Shown in pieces: positions 57,700 to 64,000 of a stretch of DNA of 64,000 nucleotides. The DNA is taken from the NCBI RefSeq assembly GCF_009914755.1, contig NC_060939.1; one strand, written 5' to 3'. The position numbers and the translations under genes are program-made. Under the pieces are notes generated by a model. The model searched no databases. It worked only from the letters and a program-made list of their open reading frames with translations, and was not told the origin of the DNA. Source of the stretch: the human T2T-CHM13v2.0 reference genome, Homo sapiens. Within the stretch, counting starts at the first letter, position 1. Every line of letters starts with the position of its first letter.

Positions 57700-58915
57700 G
57701 GGAGGAGAAGCAGTATTGAAGAGAACATGGCTGAGAACTTTCTAGAACTGATGAAAACCATGAATCTTCAGCAATATAAAATACAACATATACTAAGCAA
57801 GACAAATAAAAATAAATTCAGACACATTGTGGTGAAAGTACAGACCACTGAAAACAATGAGAAGATCTTAAAGGCATTCAAAAAGCAGAAAAACAGATCA
57901 CCTACAAAGGAATCGCAAGCAGGTTTCTCAACATCAACAATGGAAGCCTGAAGTTAGTAGAATAGTATCAAAGTACTGACAGAAAATGACAGTCAACCTG
58001 GAACTATGCCTGGTAATATTATCTTTCAGATAAACAAAACTAAGAGTGTACTGCCAAGAGAACTACAGCAAGGAACTTCTAAAAAATATACATCAGGTCT
58101 CAAATGATCTTCCTTTTAATCAAGACATGCATTCTCAATGAGGTGATGTCACTCCATAAAGAGAGAAAATCTATTCTTGGTAGGCAAAATAATCTTACTC
58201 TTTTTATGTATAAAGCATAGATGTACTTAAACAGACACACAGTGACCCTGTGATATTAAAATTGATTGATTCGGGTGAGGGGGCAATTAGGAAAAAAATA
58301 ATCTAAAAGTTTCCTTGGAGGTGGGGCAATAATAAAAAAGCTGAGAAACACTGATCCAAAACAATCCACAAAAATTTAGAATTAAAAGAGTTTACTCAAG
58401 TGCCTAATTTAAGATCAATATATAAAAATCAATTGTATCTCAATATGCTAGCAGAAAAACTTAGAAAATATACTTTAGAAAGATAAAGTTCATAATAGAA
58501 ACAAAAATATAAAGTATCTGGGAATAAATCTAACTATATATAAACTTTATAAATAAATATATACAACTTTATTAAAAGTTTTAAGGTAACTCAGAAAAAA
58601 ATGGAGAGATACCTTATGTTTGTATTTAAGAAAGCTCAAAATCTTAACAATGTTAATTATCCCCAAAATGTTCTATGACTTCATTGCAAATTCCAATCAA
58701 GAGTTATAAAGAAACCTGGCCAGCTGATTCTAAAATGTATATTAAAGGACAAAGTGTACCAAGACATGCCTAAAAGAATAAATTTGGGGAAATTGTTTTA
58801 TCATATCTCATGGCTTCTCATAGACTACTGTACTGAAGATAGGGCAGCATTGGCACAGGAATCAAAAAACTGATTAATGGAATAGAAACCCCAGAAACAG
58901 CCGCTGCATATGTGC
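57700..58915 (+). mobile_element. Ancient L1M ORF1 and ORF2 fragments carried inside the retrocopy
   Basis: ORF 57637-57951 includes MAENFLELMKTMNLQ...RHIVVKVQ...EKILKA (L1 ORF1p-like). ORF2 remnant AAGTATCTGGGAATAAATCTAAC...CAGCTGATTCTAAAATGTAT. Confidence 0.75.
58126..58353. mobile_element. hAT-Charlie-type MITE inside the retrocopy
   Basis: Imperfect TIRs CATGCATTCTCAA ... CTGAGAAACACTG, ~230 bp. Confidence 0.65.
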
Positions 58916-58944
58916 GGGAACTGTTCTACCCCAACATCGCCAGC

Positions 58945-59080
58945 AAGAGTGTCCTTGCTTCTCATTGGTTCTCCTGGACCAATCACTGTGGCCTGCAGCA
59001 CTGGGCATCTGATGCCTTAGGTATCACAGCACCACCCAAGGGCTAGAGACGGGTCAGTTTCAATTAAACCACAAGGACTG
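58945..59080. mobile_element. MLT1K-like fragment cut off at the retrocopy 5' junction
   Basis: CCAATCACTGTGGCC...GGGTCAG...AAACCACAAGGACTG resembles MLT1K and stops at the TSD. Confidence 0.6.
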
Positions 59081-60764
59081 AGACTCTTAGAATTTCTAAA
59101 CCAGTCTTGAGTGTACTATAAAAGACAGAATCAAATGCCCAATTTATGCAGTTAGATAACATATTTAGCTTTTCAGCCTAGTTAAGTATTTTAGCTGGTA
59201 CTGATTGAAGAGAGGACTGCATCTGTTCCAGCAGGGAGCAGACACACGTGAGAGTTTGATAAAAGCTTCTTGCTGTAGAATTGTCCCACTATCAATTATC
59301 CAATAAAATAGGATATCAAATGTCATCTGTAGATATAAATTTGCGAAGCCTAAAAATTCAAGGCAACCATTTATTTATGAAGCAGGCATAGCATTTTGTA
59401 AGAACAACAGTTACAATATGTTATAAGAGCCTCTATCGATATGTAAGAAATTAGAAATTAAAATAGCTTATGTTAAAGTGTTGTGAATGAAGGATAATAA
59501 ATACAAAGCCCCTATCTTTCTTTCATCTTCCAACTTACTAATTGAAAAAGACACAAATAGTGAAACAATTGGAAAACAATACAGGACAAGAAAAAAAATC
59601 ACATCATTAATGTCCATTACATATTTCTACTCATTTAACTTCTCTGTTCCAGAAAAATTTTATGCATAAAATAAAACAAAACCTTTTGTTCTAGCTTGGC
59701 CACAGTAAACAACTGAGTGTGATCAAGTTGTGAGAACAGTCTAACCTCAGCTCATGATTCCCAGAAGCTTCCAAACTGATTGAAAGTGGCCTGTTCAACA
59801 TTTAATGAAATTCACATTTCTGAGACTCATTAGTTTGGATCTCTGGCTTTGCCTGATGGGTTAAATCAGAACATTTTATGTTAGTTAACTATTGCTGGCA
59901 AAGAGGAGAGAAAGAGGTAGGATAATACACTAAACTAAACAGCAGAATTCAAAGTGATTTCAGGAGTAACGGATCAATGGGAACCCAGTGAACCAAACCT
60001 GGATTTGAATCTCCTACAGACCTAAAGATTCCCCATGCTGCACATAACCGAGGCTGGGCTGGGGTTAACAGTAGTCTCCTTGGCTTGAACCTCCACATCG
60101 CTAACATTCTTTCCACAGTTGTTCATCACCACTTCTATGTCCTTCTATAGATATGTTCCTAATGTTGGACTTTAGGAACTGCAGTGGCAGACAGCAACTT
60201 TTATTTTCCCCAGCCACCATAGCCCCACTCAATATGACATTTAGACAGATGAGCCAGCAATACAGTAGTTACATGTGTCTGGGATTTGTTTTTTAAATTA
60301 TATGTACCACTTTTAATAGCCTGATTACAGCTGTTCAGTAAGTGATGCCTCTAGACTGAAGAGGACCGAAATGAGAAGCAGGCCAGCTAAGAGGGCTGGG
60401 AGCAGCACGTTCCCCTTGTTATTGCCAGCTAGTGGGGAGAGAACATATGGCCACTTTACAAAGGTGAGTTACCAGCAAACAAGCAGGAATCCCAGCCAAA
60501 TAGCTCCTAGCCTGATTTCTTCGTTTACATTCATTTATGTTACTCTCTGTCAATTTTTCTTCTCTCTTATGTTGGATTACCTTTTTTAAAAAAAAAAGAA
60601 TTGGGGCTGAGAATATATAAAGAGAAACTTTTGCAAGCAGGAAAATAACTTAGGAAAGAAATTATCAGGGTGACACACTACCTGCAACTTATAAATAATG
60701 AAGAACTGGTTGGTGCAATTAAAGAATGTTATATTTGACACTAGAACAGGCAGAACTTATCTGA

Positions 60765-60970
60765 AATTTTCGTTCTAATGCTTGGTAGCTAAGGGGTCTT
60801 GTACAGGTCATGGAACCTCACTTTGTCTAAGAATCTCTAGCTACAAAAGGAGCAAGGGCCATGTTCAAGTTTGCCGTAGGAATTAAGTAAAATAGCGGAT
60901 GTAGCCAGGTCAGCATTATACCTACAGATGGCATGTAGTAGGTACTCAAGGAATTACTATTATTGTTATT
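60765..60970 (+). mobile_element. MIR
   Basis: Degenerate MIR ending GGCATGTAGTAGGTACTCAAGGAATTACTATTATTGTTATT. Confidence 0.55.
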
Positions 60971-61332
60971 AATCTTCCAATGGCATTATTTTGCTTTCCT
61001 AGAAATAACATAGAACCAGGGAGAATTTTGATTGAAGGTAAGAGGCCGAAAATGGCCGCAAATTATAGTTTTCTCATGTCTAAAATTGGGATATCTGTGA
61101 GGATTACACAAAATAATCTATGCAAAAAAAAAACCAGTAAAATTCCTGTTTCAAAGAGGTATTCAGCAAACAGATACAAATATTGCAACAAGATTCTGCA
61201 AAGTAAGTTTTACTATGTGTGAATGCATGATGTAGAAAAGGGAAAAGGAATTTTGAGTAAAATCATAATGTGGAGAACCTTGCTAAGAAGAATTTAACTG
61301 TATTTTCTTCATTTCCTCTAATCATTTTCAAG

Positions 61333-61417
61333 AAAAGGAAAAGATAAATATTGTATCTAGTATCTTCCCTTGTTATTTAGGATTCTGGCTTCCTTTTAGA
61401 TTTTAAAAAAACCTCAT
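61333..61417 (+). repeat. Dispersed direct repeat, copy 1 (copy 2 at 63457-63547)
   Basis: AAAAGGAAAAGATAAATATTGTATCTAGTATCTTCCCTTGTTATTTAGGATTCTGGCTT... shares 66/70 nt with copy 2. Confidence 0.95.
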
Positions 61418-63456
61418 AGGCAAAATAATAAAAAATAAAAATATTGTATTTATTATATCATTCAGGATTGCTTCCAAGTACACACATGCACACACATACA
61501 CAAGGTTGCTGCCAAGTACACACACCACATGCACACACATTACAAGGTAAAATATAAAAAGCGGTGAAGAAGTCAGAGTAAAAGAAAAATTAGAGTAGAA
61601 AAAATATGACATGACCAAAAGTGAAATTAACTGATGAAATGCACTCTGTAAAGTTTTGTAAACTGGCTAGAGGGAGGCCATGGGTTTCATACTAGGCTTG
61701 CATTATAATGAAGTCAGCTAGATTTTTAACTATTCGGAGTGATTCTTGCCTCTTGCATGCTTGCTATCCCTAGAGTTTGAGTTTATACTGGAAGCACTAA
61801 AACAAATATCAGTATCTTTCCAATACAGGACACAATCTACAGAATTTCTATTCATTTGGTTGAAATCTTCATGGTGCTTAGTTAAAACTATTCTGCATCC
61901 ATTAGAAAAGTGAGGCTGAAATGCATATTCAGATGATGATCATAGTCAGAATGGGAGACACAGGGGACCAGCTGAGCATGGCTGGCTAGAGACGATACCC
62001 CATCTGCCGCTCTGCTCCAGCCAGTCTCAGGAGCCCTAGGGGAGCCTGGGCTGGTGTGGCCAGCGTTTATTCATCAATCTCTTTATTTCTGGGGATTACT
62101 CAATTGAGCTTCTCAGATCTGCTTCTTTTACTGGGGAATGGGTGTAATAAAAGTATATATGTAAGTAGATACATGAGATGATGACAAACATCCCAAACAG
62201 AAGAACAAACTGGTAGCTCTGCATAAAAAAGAGATGCTAGATAAAAACAGTTTCCAAGGATGCTCCCTTATTTGACAAAATTACCATTGAGACTGCTATG
62301 AAGAGCATGCGTTCGTAGACAGCTTTTAAGTTTTAAAATGCTTTCATTTATGGGGATTACCAAATTTTTCCAGTTAAGAATCACAAACAGCAGACAAGAA
62401 TGAATGATTAATGCTGGAGTTCCTGGAGTACGGGCCAAAGAAGTTCCCCCAAAGTAAGATTTTTTTTTGAAATTTTACATTTTATCTTAATGATTCACAC
62501 AAAATCCATGATATAACTATCTTTATTTTAATAAAAAAGCCTAATTCAAAACTGTTTCGACTATCTTACAAAATCTTATAGTAAAATTGATGCTCTAGGA
62601 AGATGCAATGTTGGTATCCCATGGTTTCAAGGACCTTGCAACCAGGAGTATGTGTACTTCATTGGAGGGGCAGGGAGCTACACATATTCCTCCAAATCTC
62701 ATTATAGCCTTTAAGTGGAAGATGAATAACGAATATTCTTGTTCTCATTTAGCAGATACAGAAAATTAAGCTCAAAGAAATAAAATGCCTAATTCCCACT
62801 TCTAGTTAGTGAGGTCCTTGGGACTAAAATCAGCTCCATTTAACTTCCTGGCTTTGCCCCATTTGGAATCTCCAAATTCAGCTTCTATGAATCTTCAGTT
62901 CAGACTTTGTGTGAATGTTTTTAGAACTTTAGGTCATCTTCCAAATTTTGGAGATGAAAAATGCATCTAAAGAATCTCAAGATGTGAGATAGTTTTGCTG
63001 ATGCTGATTACGTTTTACATTGTTTTATTTGTTTCTGATTGAGGGTAACCAACCTATTGCATGTCATGAATTTGATGTGCTAAGTTCTGCCTCACCATAT
63101 ATTTGCTCTCTGATGATTATGTTCACAAGCATCTATGCAAAGGAATAACCTTCTTTCTCTTTCATGTTGCAGTGACTGTGTTATAGATGGTTGACAATAG
63201 GGGATGAAAATTGCCCCTACTCTTTGAGATGACTGGTATTGAATGGAGCAGTCTTTGAAAGGCACCAACCCTTCCTAACTGATGGTGGTCTCTTGAAAGA
63301 GGCTCTTCCAAATTTGTCTTCTGAAAGTGTTGTGGTTGGGGACAGTTCATAACCCTTTCTAATAGAGAGGATGGATTAGTTTTGACTCACTCTGTGTAAG
63401 AAGCTTGGTTGTGGTCCAGCTGGCAAGGTCATAAAGCAAAGTAATTACTTGAAAGT

Positions 63457-63547
63457 AAAAGGAAAAGATAAATATTGTATCTAGTATCCTCCCTTGTTAT
63501 TTAGGATTCTGGCTTTCTCTTGGATTAAAAAAAAAAAAACAACTCAT
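63457..63547 (+). repeat. Dispersed direct repeat, copy 2
   Basis: AAAAGGAAAAGATAAATATTGTATCTAGTATCCTCCCTTGTTATTTAGGATTCTGGCTT, then an A-tract and CTCAT as in copy 1. Confidence 0.95.
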
Positions 63548-64000
63548 CTTTTTAGGGTCAAGAAAAAATTTCCATGGTATCCCAATGGAAAAATCCCACT
63601 TAACAGTGATTGTGGTATTAATAGTGGTATTCTTTATTTTCTTTGGAACGCCTTTATCTGAATCATATTAATTAACTTAGTGCCAGAGTCCCAGAATCCA
63701 CAAGGAATAGTATGTAAGACAAGTTAAAACATGTAACTATGCAAAATGTGAAGCACAGTTCATTTCTTAAGACAAATGCTATTTAAATCATATGATATAT
63801 CACCTCTATATCTTCTATGGTGATGAACGGCTAGAGAATATGTCACTGGCAAATAAATGTACATAAGTAGAATAAGTATACAAAAGATTGAGTTGACATT
63901 GTAGTATGCAATATTTTTATGGTTTTCAAAGGAGCAGAAGGGCAAAAGAATAGCTCAAATCTAAAAACACATTAGTTACATGACCTAATTCTTTTTGTAA

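Larger units (their letters stand above)
56687..59080 (-). pseudogene. L1-mediated retrocopy of a non-coding RNA/3'UTR (or orphan 3' transduction), ~2.4 kb
   Basis: Perfect 17-bp TSD AGACTCTTAGAATTTCT at 56670-56686 and 59081-59097. T12 tract at 56686-56697. TTTATT (minus-strand AATAAA) at 56715-56720. Empty site reads TTTCT/AAA. Confidence 0.88.

Noticed and set aside
57443-57805. 120-aa ORF on the sense strand of the retrocopy
   Set aside because: It begins in antisense L1 ORF1 sequence and has no recognisable domain, so there is no evidence the retrocopy is coding.

Overview
This is non-coding catarrhine/hominoid-type primate DNA (LTR12, AluY/S/J, L1PA and THE1 are present). It is AT-rich and roughly half interspersed repeats. 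I cannot support any intact protein-coding gene, tRNA, rRNA or CRISPR array. The ORFs in the track are either chance ORFs or remnants of L1, Alu or LTR sequence. The window holds layered retro- and DNA-transposon fossils, several with readable target-site duplications (TSDs). The most notable unannotated structure is a ~2.4 kb minus-strand retroposed insertion at 56670-59097. It has a perfect 17-bp TSD, a poly(A) tail, an AATAAA signal 17 nt upstream of the tail and an L1-endonuclease-type site, yet it contains no young L1, Alu or SVA sequence, so it is a retrocopy of a non-coding RNA/3'UTR or an orphan 3' transduction. Other oddities: a solo LTR12 with intact promoter motifs but a mutated poly(A) signal, a ~90-bp dispersed duplication, a nested-palindrome repair scar, a filler segment between two truncated LTRs, and TSD-less Alus. 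Repeat family names come from my recall of consensus sequences, not from a database search, and boundaries of old repeats are approximate.
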